A DNA stretch of 64,000 bases from Pseudomonadota bacterium. Lineage in GTDB: Bacteria; Bdellovibrionota; FAC87; UBA2466. Positions 10,731-20,181 of the stretch are shown piece after piece. How positions within the stretch are numbered: position 1 is the first letter of the stretch; every line of letters begins with the position of its first letter. Location of the stretch: NCBI GenBank assembly GCA_043767805.1, contig JAYUGC010000066.1:1-64000 (forward strand), in the 5' to 3' direction. The translations under genes and the position numbers were made by a program. A model generated the notes under the pieces. It was given only the letters and a program-made list of their open reading frames with translations. It was not told the origin of the DNA and searched no databases.

Positions 10731-11066
10731 TCAGGCAAGGCGTGGGGGAGCGCGCGGAGATCTCAGAGTGAGGCGAAGTCGGCTGAAAGAGAGGAAAGCG
10801 GAAATCGACGGCGCTTTCGTGACGACTTCACAAAAGGGGCCATGCACGAAAGCGGAAGACAGTAGCCCCTTTGCGGACTCTTCGGTGTCTTCCAAATCTT
10901 GCGCCAGCGCCTTGAGGGGGGCCAATTCGGAAGCCCGCTTCTGACGGATCGGCAGGCTCGAGGCGGTTTGAACGCGCTGAGAGAGCCCTTGCCCCTTGAG
11001 CTGAGGCGCCGCCAAGTCGGCACCACCGCCCAGGAGCAGCGTGAAAATTAATACCCAAGACTTCAT
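10731..11066 (-). CDS. Small signal-peptide protein ending in RAPP; candidate ribosome-arrest leader peptide for sulP
   Basis: N-terminal MKSWVLIFTLLLGGG, C-terminal SPRAPPRLA*; same strand, 58 nt upstream of sulP. Confidence 0.65.
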   Translation of the reverse strand: MKSWVLIFTLLLGGGADLAAPQLKGQGLSQRVQTASSLPIRQKRASELAPLKALAQDLEDTEESAKGLLSSAFVHGPFCEVVTKAPSISAFLSFSRLRLTLRSPRAPPRLA

Positions 11067-11184
11067 ACGTTTCTGATTGAGCGCCTAACCTACAACGCGC
11101 GTCGATCCTAAATCAAAGGTTAGTTACGTAAATTCCGGTTCAAAGAGTCTACTATCGAACCTTCAATATCATAGAAAGATTTCA

Positions 11185-12903
11185 CTAAGCCGCAAGCGAC
11201 TCGTAAAGCTCTCGGGCCTCAAATCTTTGCGAAGGCACTATGCGCAGACGATAGGCTCCGCTCAGGGGCTCGAGCTCCTGAACCGATCCTGCCTCAAAAC
11301 CCAGAGGGAGCACTTCAGGCAGGGTTTGCTCGACGGCCGCTTTCAGCTCGGGGCTCACCTTGCCGGTAAGCCAAAGCTTCACGCGCACACTCGTTTCCGA
11401 AGGACGGAGGTCGAGCGCGATGCCCATTTCTTTCAGCTGAAGGTACGAAATCCCTTTCCCCTCGAGACGCCGCCGGAGGGCCTTCTCCGCGCTCTCGGCT
11501 TTCGAGATGAAATCCGCCCGCCGCTCCACGGGAATGCCATGGTTCGTGCCGAGGTAGGACGCGGGCAGGAAGGTCACCCGAAAATCGTTGGACTCCAGGG
11601 CGCTTTGTCTGAGCCCGAGCAAAAAGCGCTCACGTTCCGGCTCGCTCATCGCCTTCGCGGGATAAAACACGCCGTCGTCGCCTGAGAAAATGAGAGCCTT
11701 GCCGACGATGCCCGCCGCTTTCAAAGCCATTTCGAACTTCGCCCGGCGCGCTTCGAAGGCGGCGGAGGCCGCGGTCTGCGCCACGCGCGTTTGTTCGACG
11801 GCACGGACCGCCGCTCCGTCCCTCGGTCCGTCGGCCGCTTTGGCGAGAGCCGCCATGACCGCGTGCAGGTTGCGCACGTTCTGTCCGGCCAAATCGGCGG
11901 CGACCAAGCCCTCGGTCGCCTTCTCCAGGCCCATGCTCAAGGTTTCCTGGGCTTCATAAATACTGGGCGCGAACGTTTCGACGAGATCGAAGTACGTACG
12001 GAGGTCGGAAAGCGTTTCCTCATTTACCCTCAGGCCGAAACGCCGCAAAAACGCCGTTTGCACGAAGTCAGGTTCCTCCCCGGAAGCTTTCTTGAGAATT
12101 TCTATGGCCGCGGGAGAGAGAACGTACTTACCGTCCTCTCCACGCGTGAATGCTCGTGATTCTCCGCCGGTGTAGAGATTTTTGTAGAGCTTCTTTCGAT
12201 ACCGCTCTGCCGCCAGCGCTCTCGTATTCAAGTGCGCCCGGGTCGCCGCGTCTCCAAAATCCTGCCAGCTATTAGAAACGGTGTACCGGGCAAAGCGCGC
12301 GGCCGTTCCCGCCTGATCGGCGGTGGCGCCAAAGCCCGCGAGATGCCAACGGCTGGAATTGCGAATGGTGCTTCCCGGAAAATCATAGAGCGGCTCTAAA
12401 GCGGTATAGCGCTTCAGAGCCAAGTTGAACTCAGCCGACGCGGACTCCAAAGCTTTCGTCAGATGCTCGCGCAAAGCGGGAGAGTCCGTGTGGAAAGCAA
12501 AGCGAAGCGTCTTATAGTCGGAGTAAACCCGGTCCGGGCGGAGCGCGGGATCCGCCATGAGATGCTTTATGAAAATTTGCTCGTAGAGCGCGACGACGGA
12601 GGCCGACACTTCCTTGTCTTTGAAGTATTTGTCGTTCATCGCCTTCAAAACGGCATTCTCCACATGGAAAAAGAGGCCATACTTTTCCGGCGTCAAAGCC
12701 GCGGCGAGGAAGCCTGCATTGTCGGCCTCTTGCACCCGGTAGCTCAGATGCGCCTTGAAGGAGTGAAGCGACGAGCGCGCTACCGCATCGTAAGCCCCTT
12801 CGCAGGCGACGTCCCGCAAGGGATCCAGAACCCGTGGGAGGGCCGCGGCCAACGCCAATGCGAAAAGGAGGCGCCCCACGCGCCGAAAGGAAACCAGACC
12901 CAC
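11185..12903 (-). CDS. Secreted/membrane-anchored hypothetical protein
   Basis: Long ORF (track start 12921; GTG at 12903 fits the sigma54-like site); hydrophobic LLFALALAAAL then DVACEGAYDAV. Confidence 0.7.
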   Translation of the reverse strand: MGLVSFRRVGRLLFALALAAALPRVLDPLRDVACEGAYDAVARSSLHSFKAHLSYRVQEADNAGFLAAALTPEKYGLFFHVENAVLKAMNDKYFKDKEVSASVVALYEQIFIKHLMADPALRPDRVYSDYKTLRFAFHTDSPALREHLTKALESASAEFNLALKRYTALEPLYDFPGSTIRNSSRWHLAGFGATADQAGTAARFARYTVSNSWQDFGDAATRAHLNTRALAAERYRKKLYKNLYTGGESRAFTRGEDGKYVLSPAAIEILKKASGEEPDFVQTAFLRRFGLRVNEETLSDLRTYFDLVETFAPSIYEAQETLSMGLEKATEGLVAADLAGQNVRNLHAVMAALAKAADGPRDGAAVRAVEQTRVAQTAASAAFEARRAKFEMALKAAGIVGKALIFSGDDGVFYPAKAMSEPERERFLLGLRQSALESNDFRVTFLPASYLGTNHGIPVERRADFISKAESAEKALRRRLEGKGISYLQLKEMGIALDLRPSETSVRVKLWLTGKVSPELKAAVEQTLPEVLPLGFEAGSVQELEPLSGAYRLRIVPSQRFEARELYESLAA

Positions 12904-12916
12904 CGGTAGCCGACTG

Positions 12917-12932
12917 TGCACAACCAGTGCCC
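12917..12932 (-). promoter_or_regulatory. sigma54-like promoter candidate (GGGCACT-ggtt-GTGCA)
   Basis: GG-N10-GC spacing; conserved C lies 15 nt before GTG 12903. Confidence 0.4.
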
Positions 12933-13096
12933 GGTTAATCCGTGCCTGTAGGGGTTAGATTTTCCTGACGGGCGGTAGCCACTGGCGACGCGGAACGCTC
13001 CGTAGACTCAAAGAATACGGGCCTTTCCTGGCCGTCTTGACTCGCCTCGGCCGATCATGGTCCTCTGCCGAACGGGTACCGGCCCTCGGAGGTTCC

Positions 13097-14110
13097 ATGA
13101 AAATCCACTCCCTTCTCTTCCTTCTCAGTCTCACCCTGTCCCATGCTCTCTACGGCTGGGGCGAGCGCGGGCACCACGTGCTTTGCGAAGTCGCGACCCG
13201 GCTCGTGGCAAACCCGGAGCTTTCCGAGTTCCTGCAGGGGCGCGGCCATCAAGCGGGCCACGTCTGCAACATCCCGGACATCTTGTGGCGTAACTTGCCC
13301 GCGCAAGACAAAGCGGGAGAGAACAGTCACTTTCTCGATCCTGAGCCGTTCGGTTACACCCTCGATACCCTTCCCCTGGTGTTCGCCGACATCGCGACGG
13401 CGAAAGGCGTAACGAGGGCTAAACTGGCCGTCGATCTCGGTTCGCTCTGGTGGAGAGCGGATCAGTTTTTTCGCCGGGCAAAAGCGAACGCGACTGCCAT
13501 TGGACTTGCGACGCTTCCCACTTCCGCGCAGCTTCAAGACAACTCGCATCCTTACAACCAAGCGGTGTATCAGTTTTTTACCGACCTCTATCTCATGGGG
13601 CACTTCGCGGGAGACGCCTCGATGCCGTATCACAACACGTCTGACTACGACGGCTGGCAGAAAGGCCGCGGCGGCATTCATTCTTACTTCGAAAGCGCCG
13701 CGGTGACGGCGCAACCTCTGCAGCTCGCCGAGTGGGTGTACCAGGCGGCCGTTCTCCTGCGCGCGCAAAGCGGAGTCTGGACGAGCGCTACCCAGAAGAT
13801 CCGCGCGGTAAGCATTCAAGCCATGCGGGAGATGCCGGAGCTCGATGCGCTCGACGTGCTCGTTAAGCCTTCGGTCGCGGCGACGAAAACCGCCGCCAAG
13901 CGGCCGCCCGTCAAAGAAAGCGCGAAACGCTTCAAGTCTCTCCTCGTCAAAGAGCTCGCCCGCTCGGCTGCTTTACTCGCCGAAATGTGGGACGCCGCTT
14001 ACGAGGCCGGAGGAAAACCGAACTTGAAAGTGTACCGCAGCTATCGGTACCCGCTTATGCCCGATTACGTGCCCCTGGATTACACCGCTTCGCGGATGGG
14101 AGAAGAATGA
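13097..14110 (+). CDS. Secreted S1/P1 nuclease (zinc-dependent phospholipase C/P1 fold)
   Basis: Signal peptide then WGERGH; NIPD, SHFLD, GHFAGDASMPYH and IHSYFE zinc-ligand motifs; RBS ggagg. Confidence 0.85.
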   Translation: MKIHSLLFLLSLTLSHALYGWGERGHHVLCEVATRLVANPELSEFLQGRGHQAGHVCNIPDILWRNLPAQDKAGENSHFLDPEPFGYTLDTLPLVFADIATAKGVTRAKLAVDLGSLWWRADQFFRRAKANATAIGLATLPTSAQLQDNSHPYNQAVYQFFTDLYLMGHFAGDASMPYHNTSDYDGWQKGRGGIHSYFESAAVTAQPLQLAEWVYQAAVLLRAQSGVWTSATQKIRAVSIQAMREMPELDALDVLVKPSVAATKTAAKRPPVKESAKRFKSLLVKELARSAALLAEMWDAAYEAGGKPNLKVYRSYRYPLMPDYVPLDYTASRMGEE

Positions 14111-15108
14111 GCGCCCCCACGCTGCAACCGTTTATCTTGGGCAGAGGCAACGCCGGTCAGGCCATGGCAAAGGCTCTCAGTCTCGTGAACTTCCTCGATA
14201 CAGAACTCACGGTACTTCCCCCGGTTTGGGTGGAAAGGGGGCGGCCGCTCGCGGAACTTCCGAAAAGCGGCGCCTCCCGCCTACTCGCCGTCGCCAACCC
14301 ACATGGCTTGCACGCGCGCGCCCTCGTGGAGGCATCCAAAGCCGATTTCGAGGCCGTCGTTTGCGACAAACCCGCGGCGGTGAGCCACGAGGAAGTCGCG
14401 ACGCTCAGAAAGATCGCCGGAGCGGTTTCCGTTTGTCACGGCTACCGGCAGACCTGGGGCCCGCGCTGGCTGAAGACGTGGGTCGACTCGGGAGAGCTTG
14501 GGCAGCTGATTGCCGTCGAAGGAAGGTACTGGCAAGCCTCGGCCGCGGCCAAAGCGCTCGCCGGCACGAAATCGGCGAACGCTTGGAAAAACGATCCGAG
14601 TCTGAGCGGTCAGTTCGATACGTTTCTCGATCTCGGCGCGCATTGGGTCGACCTGGTTCAGCACTTACTCGGCGAAAAGGCCGCGTCGGCGCGCGCTTGG
14701 CTTCATCATGCGAACGGCGAAGCGGCCCATCGGGACACGCACGTGCAACTCGAGATGAGTTTTTCGAACCGGCGCCGAGCGTGGGCGTCCCTTTCCAAGA
14801 CGTTTCACGGCCAAGGCAATAACTTGGAGATCCACGTGCTGGGCGCGAAAAGCGCCGCGAGCTGGAGCTTCGAGCGGCCGGACGAGATCGTGGTGGCAAA
14901 GGGCGCCGAGCGGCACGTCCACGTTCGTAAGGATACGGCGCTCGGCCTCAAGCAGGCGCCTTTCCACGGAGCGGGTTGGCTCGACGGCTATACGGAAATT
15001 TTGCACCAAGCAGCGCGCCGTGCCGTCGGTCTTTCTGCTTTCTCGGTTCCTACCCTGAGCGAGCACCTCGACGCGGTCGACACTTTGCTCACGGCGGAAA
15101 GGGTTTGA
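14107..15108 (+). CDS. Gfo/Idh/MocA-family oxidoreductase
   Basis: LGRGNAG, ANPHGLH, VCDKP, FLDLGAHWVD motifs; ATGA overlap with nuclease stop. Confidence 0.85.
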   Translation: MSAPTLQPFILGRGNAGQAMAKALSLVNFLDTELTVLPPVWVERGRPLAELPKSGASRLLAVANPHGLHARALVEASKADFEAVVCDKPAAVSHEEVATLRKIAGAVSVCHGYRQTWGPRWLKTWVDSGELGQLIAVEGRYWQASAAAKALAGTKSANAWKNDPSLSGQFDTFLDLGAHWVDLVQHLLGEKAASARAWLHHANGEAAHRDTHVQLEMSFSNRRRAWASLSKTFHGQGNNLEIHVLGAKSAASWSFERPDEIVVAKGAERHVHVRKDTALGLKQAPFHGAGWLDGYTEILHQAARRAVGLSAFSVPTLSEHLDAVDTLLTAERV

Positions 15109-15141
15109 TCGCTTCCGTACGGTGGCCTAGACTCATGGGGC

Positions 15142-15774
15142 ATGGCATTGCGCCTTCTCCTCTGGCTCAGTTTGGCTTCGATTACCGCGCGGGGGGCGAC
15201 CCACGTTGAGGCCGCCCTGTTGCGTCTAGACGGCTCTTACCCTTGGCGCCGGGTAGCGGAAGGCGTGCCCACGCTCGCTTATGGCGCGGTCACCGGTCTC
15301 GGCGGACTTTGGATCATGCTGGACTCTCGGCACCACAACGATACCGAGCGCACCGTCGGGGCGGTGGCTGGGGTTACCGGCGCCGTGATGCTGCTCGATA
15401 GTCTCGCGATGAGTTTCGGAAAGAGCTCTGGCGAGCATTTTATCGAGCACTACCGCGAAATGGGTCCGAACGGAGATGGGCTTTTCTCGACGAAAGACGC
15501 TTACGCCGATGCCGCCCTCGCCCGTTTCGCAGAGACGAGCCGCTCCAGCCGGTACGTACGCGGGGCGTTGGCGCTCGTCAATGCGGCTCCTTACTTCTAT
15601 TTTTATTTTTCCAATTCCCTCCGCTACCACAATGCCGTGTTTCTCGGCGGAGGCTTGGTCGCGATCGCGCTCTACCGCTTTCTCGTCCCGAGTCCAGAAG
15701 AAGGCGCGGCCTGTATTTTGATTGGCTCGAGTCCCGCGACGCCCACGAGCCTTGCCCTTCGGTGGAGCTTTTAG
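15142..15774 (+). CDS. Hypothetical membrane protein with signal peptide
   Basis: Signal peptide, paired Gly-rich hydrophobic helices, C-terminal LALRWSF. Confidence 0.6.
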   Translation: MALRLLLWLSLASITARGATHVEAALLRLDGSYPWRRVAEGVPTLAYGAVTGLGGLWIMLDSRHHNDTERTVGAVAGVTGAVMLLDSLAMSFGKSSGEHFIEHYREMGPNGDGLFSTKDAYADAALARFAETSRSSRYVRGALALVNAAPYFYFYFSNSLRYHNAVFLGGGLVAIALYRFLVPSPEEGAACILIGSSPATPTSLALRWSF

Positions 15775-16683
15775 ATGAGACACGGGCACGATCACCATCA
15801 CCACGACAGCGGCCCGTGCGCCCCGAAAAACACGCGCACTCTTTGGCTCGTTTTCTTTTTGTCCGGCGGCTACATGGTAGCCGAAGTGGTGGGCGGCCTT
15901 TGGACCGGCTCACTGGCCTTGCTCGCCGACGCGGCTCACATGGCGATCGACACGGGCGCCATCGCTCTCGGGCTTTTCGCCACTTGGATTGCGCAGCGCC
16001 CACCGACGGACGCAAAAACTTACGGTTACTACCGGGCGGAGATTCTGGCGGCTCTCCTTAACGGCTGCGTTCTCATCGGTGCGGCCGCCTGGATCATCGC
16101 CGAGGCCCTTCCTCGTTTCAGCACTCCTCCGGAGATTAAAGGATCCGCGATGGCGATCATCGCCTCGGGCGGGCTCATCGTGAACGTCGTCTCGCTTTGG
16201 CTGATGCATGGAAGTGACAAGGATCATCTGAACATGCGTGGGGTTTGGCTTCACCTTGTCGGCGATACCTTGGGCTCGGTGGGCGCCATCACCGCGGCGG
16301 TGCTCATTTGGAAGTACGGCTGGAACCTCGCCGATCCGATCCTCTCCGTCGTCCTCACGTTACTCATCGTTTTCGGCGCCGGCCATTTACTCGTCGACTG
16401 CGTGAACGTGCTTTTGGAAGGAGTTCCGAAGCACATCGATTTACCGGCGGTGAAACGCGACTTGGAAGCGGCGGGCGGTGTAAAAAATGTGCACGACCTG
16501 CACGTTTGGCTTGTGACCAGCGGCCTCACCGCGCTCTCCGCGCACGTCACCGTAAACGAAGGCCGCGATCACTCCGAAGTCTTGCGCGTGCTCACCACGC
16601 TCCTCCACGACCGTCACGGCATCGAGCACGTAACTTTACAACTCGAAGCCCCCACCTTCGCCCACCGCGACCTCCACGTCTAA
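15775..16683 (+). CDS. Cation diffusion facilitator (CzcD/ZitB-like Zn/Co/Cd efflux)
   Basis: His-rich N-terminus; SLALLADAAHM, TYGYYRAEIL, HLVGDTLGS, HDLHVW, HVTLQLE. Confidence 0.93.
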   Translation: MRHGHDHHHHDSGPCAPKNTRTLWLVFFLSGGYMVAEVVGGLWTGSLALLADAAHMAIDTGAIALGLFATWIAQRPPTDAKTYGYYRAEILAALLNGCVLIGAAAWIIAEALPRFSTPPEIKGSAMAIIASGGLIVNVVSLWLMHGSDKDHLNMRGVWLHLVGDTLGSVGAITAAVLIWKYGWNLADPILSVVLTLLIVFGAGHLLVDCVNVLLEGVPKHIDLPAVKRDLEAAGGVKNVHDLHVWLVTSGLTALSAHVTVNEGRDHSEVLRVLTTLLHDRHGIEHVTLQLEAPTFAHRDLHV

Positions 16684-16714
16684 AAGGCCCCCCTCGCCGC
16701 GGCTACGCCGGCTC

Positions 16715-16743
16715 GCCAAAAGGTGTGTGGATACTTTTAGCCA
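16715..16743 (+). repeat. Left copy of perfect 29-bp inverted repeat (REP-like) flanking the RAYT
   Basis: gccaaaaggtgtgtggatacttttagcca; exact reverse complement at 17427-17455; imperfectly self-palindromic. Confidence 0.9.
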
Positions 16744-16747
16744 ACGA

Positions 16748-16763
16748 CGGCACGATTCCTGCT
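16748..16763 (+). promoter_or_regulatory. sigma54-like promoter candidate (CGGCACG-attc-CTGCT) for the RAYT
   Basis: GG-N10-GC with GGCACG, 17 nt before ATG 16779. Confidence 0.5.
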
Positions 16764-16778
16764 TTCGAACGCCTCGCT

Positions 16779-17468
16779 ATGCCAAGAATGAAGCTTGTTC
16801 GAACCGCACGCGGCGTTTATCACATCACCAACAGAGTTAATCATAAACATGATTTTCCACTCCCACTCGAAGAGTGCTGGCCGATTTTCATGAATATTTT
16901 AGAGAGGGTAACTGAGAACCTATCGGCGGAAATTCACGCTTTTGTCCTAATGTCTAACCACTATCATCTATTCCTAACGACCCCACTCTTCAACGTTGAC
17001 GTAATAATGAAATATGTGAATCGGGAAGTAACCCGGGCGATCAGTCGGAAAACCGGTCTGATAAATCATATTTTCGGTGCGAGGTATCACCCCAGCCTTG
17101 TCTACAACCCACGAGACTTTGCTCACGTCCTGAAATACATATATAGAAATCCCGTGAAAGCAGGATTGGTAAAGAGCGTCGAACAATATCCTTTCTCCAC
17201 CGTATCTAGCTTAGTTCACGCAAGTCGATTCGAATTTCTGAGAGCGAGCAAATTTTTCCCCGATGCCCTGTCCGGACTTCGCCCTGCGGAGAGATTATTT
17301 TGGCTCAATGAGCCTCTGGCTAAAGAACAGGAAGAGCTGATTCGAAAGGCAAATAGGAGGCGAGAGTTTCAGTTCTCGAATCGCGTCGCCGAGCAGAAAG
17401 TGGCTGCCCAATTATCTCCGGCACCCTGGCTAAAAGTATCCACACACCTTTTGGCTAAGGGCTGCTGA
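16779..17468 (+). mobile_element. REP-associated tyrosine transposase (RAYT, IS200/Y1 HUH family)
   Basis: YHITNR, AFVLMSNHYHL (HUH), YIYRNPVKAGLV, YPFST; visibly lower GC than flanks; bracketed by 29-bp IRs. Confidence 0.9.
17427..17455 (-). repeat. Right copy of 29-bp inverted repeat (REP-like)
   Basis: tggctaaaagtatccacacaccttttggc; overlaps the RAYT 3' end. Confidence 0.9.
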
Positions 17469-20181
17469 GGGTCCGGTCGGGGGTGGCGTTGGTGGTGGCG
17501 CCGATGAGGCGGATGGCGCGGATTTCTTGAGGGTGTAGGTAGGCGAGATAGAGGGTGTCGCCGGTGAATGCCTTCCACTGTAGGCAAGAACTCACTGGTA
17601 CGCGGTAGGCGACCCTGCCCGCAGTCAGCGTTCTGAAATTAATGGCGCCCTTGTCGCTCGAAACGTTCAGGTGCCCGTCGGAGAGCGTGAACGCATCCGG
17701 CACCACGCGCTCGAACTCGATTTCCAAAGCTTCCGCTTTGGAAGCCTTGTCGCGCGGAAGCTGAATCTCGGTCATCTGACCGTTGGCCGAGCTCGATGTG
17801 CTGAATAAGACCGTATCGGCCCGTCCCGTTCGCCAGGCCAAACCATGAGCGAGCGCGAAACCCCAGTCGCAGCCTTCGAAAAAATTCGCCTGCCCGTTGT
17901 CGACTAGCCCGCGGACCGCCACCTTCTCGCGCCGCAGATCATCACGAATGAGAATCACGTGGTGCGAAAAGACCGCGAAAACGCGGTAGCTCTTCAAAAC
18001 TTGCCGAGACAATTCGTAGTACCGCGTCTGCGCGGGCACTCCGTCAAAGCGAGCAAAGGGCGCGCTGCTCAAGTAAACGATCCACTCCGGCTTTTCCCGA
18101 TCGAGCTCCTCGCCAATACGCCGCTGCTCTCTCGCGTTCGCGTACGGGTACTGATGCCGAAGCGGAACGGGCAGTTCCAAAAGATAATGAAATAGCGCGG
18201 GCTCGTTGGTGAAGTCGAAAACCTTCTCGCCCGCGAGCTTATGCGTGACAAAGAAATCCCGAAGCTCTCGTACGATTCTCAGAGAATCCTTACCGAGCTC
18301 TCCGTAACCCCACCTCGACAAGGACGAGCGAACCGCAGCGGGTTTAGCGTACCGCGCGGGCAGCGATTCGAAGTGCCACCACACGGATCGGGAAAGCGGA
18401 ATGAGCAATACCGCCATGAGCGCGAGCCCCATGGGCTGCAAACCCCGGCCGCGGTACTCGGCCGGAAGCCGATGCTCCCACTGCCGATCGACCCAAGCCA
18501 CGCCTTCCGCCATCATCCAGTAAACCAGAGGCAAGGCGAGCGAGACGTGGGCGAGGATGTGCTCGTCCGCGCGCGCTAAGAACTTCCGGTAGTAGAGAAT
18601 AGCGAAAACGTTCCAGCCGAACATCACCGCGTCGAGCGGCAAAAGTTTCCCTGCGCGCACCCGGAAAGCGAGAAACAGCAGAGACGAGAAATACACTATC
18701 CACGGAAAAAGCACCGCGAGGGTGAACCAGTTCGTGATTTTCCAAGGGATCGGAATGCCGACCGCGTAGATGTGTCCCGCCGCCAAATTCACGTAGCAGC
18801 TGATGTAAGCGCCCAGCGCGCCGAACACGGCGAGAAACGCCAGCCAGCCGACGAGAAACAAAGTTCCCCCGGCGAGTCCCGCTTTGGTGATCCGTAACGC
18901 TTTGAACCAACGCTCGGACGGAATGCGATTGAAGGCTTCAAACCCGAAGAATCCACAGAAGAGGCCGAACGGCACGAAGAGGGCTTCGGGTGTCGCCACT
19001 ACGAGCGCGATCGCACCGGCGCCCGTAAACGCCGCGAGCCTCGCCGAGCGGCGAGCTAGAGCAAGCGTCGCCAGGAAAAAAAGCGGGTAGAGAAAGAGGA
19101 ACCGAAAGTTGAACCCGTCAAAAACAATGGGCCAAACCCAAGGCAAGAGCACCGCGGTCAGGGTCAGAAGCCAAGGGCGGCGGCGGAAGAAGAGGCAAAG
19201 CAAAACGTACTGCGAAAGAAAAAAGAGCGGCTTGGCGATGAGCGACACGCCCGCGTCCGCGCCCCAAACCGTATCTTCAAAGAAGCGATGCCCAACCCAG
19301 GCAAAGATCGGATCTTGCAGAAGCCCGTGCTGGAACAGAAAGTCCCGCCAGGGGAACCCGCCCTGACGAAGCAAGAGGCTCGTAACCAGGGACTCGCCGT
19401 CATGATGAAGATGCAGCCAGGTGCGCGCCACCGGAGTTTCCGCCGTCAGCACGAAAATGAAGACCGGAAAAACCAGACCGAAGAAAACTTTGCGCTCGAG
19501 GGCCGCCGCGCTGGCCGCGTCCCTGACGCGGCCCAATCGGCGCGAAATCCATACGGCAAGACCCACGGTAGCCGCCGCCGCGAGCCAGAAGGGAAACCAG
19601 GGATGCCCGTCCGTGCCCACGCGAGTGGCCTGCGAAGCTCCATAGAGCACGAAGGGGATGGCCGCCGAGAAAAGCGCATTCACCCAAGACGCGCCGATTT
19701 CGTTGCCGTCGGGCACTCTCCGACGAATCCAGAGCGCCGCCCCATAGACGAGTCCCCCGTACAGCACGGCGACGAGTAAAGTCTGCGCGAAAAAATTGCC
19801 GTGGCCGTAACAGACGGTGCCCAACCCAAAGACGAAGCCGGTGAACCAAAGCCGCATCATTCTGCCGACGCGAGACGCCCAGGTGGTCGGTGAGACCTTG
19901 GGCTCGGGAACATCCTTCAGCCAGGACTCAAACCAGACCGGCGTGAACTGCTCCCAGGAAAAGCGGTGGCGCCTGAGCCGCAAGAAAATCCAGGCGGCAA
20001 ACAGCGGCATGCCGATCGCTTCCAATAGGTACGCTTTGAAATAGAGATCGATGTTGAAATTGGCAAAAAGCGGATATCCCATCAGGTCCGTGCTGGGATT
20101 AAACCCACGCGGCGTGACGAGCCAGACCAAGGCCATCGTCACTTGGGCCATGACTAAGGAGAGCACCAGGCGAAGCGTCAC
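17455..20181 (-). CDS. Large polytopic membrane protein, possibly GT-C-type glycosyltransferase
   Basis: Many TM segments; HDGE...PWRDFLFQHG loop resembles GT-C-like membrane proteins; last gene of overlapped operon. Confidence 0.6.
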   Translation of the reverse strand: MTLRLVLSLVMAQVTMALVWLVTPRGFNPSTDLMGYPLFANFNIDLYFKAYLLEAIGMPLFAAWIFLRLRRHRFSWEQFTPVWFESWLKDVPEPKVSPTTWASRVGRMMRLWFTGFVFGLGTVCYGHGNFFAQTLLVAVLYGGLVYGAALWIRRRVPDGNEIGASWVNALFSAAIPFVLYGASQATRVGTDGHPWFPFWLAAAATVGLAVWISRRLGRVRDAASAAALERKVFFGLVFPVFIFVLTAETPVARTWLHLHHDGESLVTSLLLRQGGFPWRDFLFQHGLLQDPIFAWVGHRFFEDTVWGADAGVSLIAKPLFFLSQYVLLCLFFRRRPWLLTLTAVLLPWVWPIVFDGFNFRFLFLYPLFFLATLALARRSARLAAFTGAGAIALVVATPEALFVPFGLFCGFFGFEAFNRIPSERWFKALRITKAGLAGGTLFLVGWLAFLAVFGALGAYISCYVNLAAGHIYAVGIPIPWKITNWFTLAVLFPWIVYFSSLLFLAFRVRAGKLLPLDAVMFGWNVFAILYYRKFLARADEHILAHVSLALPLVYWMMAEGVAWVDRQWEHRLPAEYRGRGLQPMGLALMAVLLIPLSRSVWWHFESLPARYAKPAAVRSSLSRWGYGELGKDSLRIVRELRDFFVTHKLAGEKVFDFTNEPALFHYLLELPVPLRHQYPYANAREQRRIGEELDREKPEWIVYLSSAPFARFDGVPAQTRYYELSRQVLKSYRVFAVFSHHVILIRDDLRREKVAVRGLVDNGQANFFEGCDWGFALAHGLAWRTGRADTVLFSTSSSANGQMTEIQLPRDKASKAEALEIEFERVVPDAFTLSDGHLNVSSDKGAINFRTLTAGRVAYRVPVSSCLQWKAFTGDTLYLAYLHPQEIRAIRLIGATTNATPDRTLSSP

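Noticed and set aside
16245..16778. Long N-terminal extension of the 407-aa ORF containing the RAYT
   Set aside because: Arg/Pro-rich off-frame read-through overlapping the CDF gene; transposase motifs begin at ATG 16779
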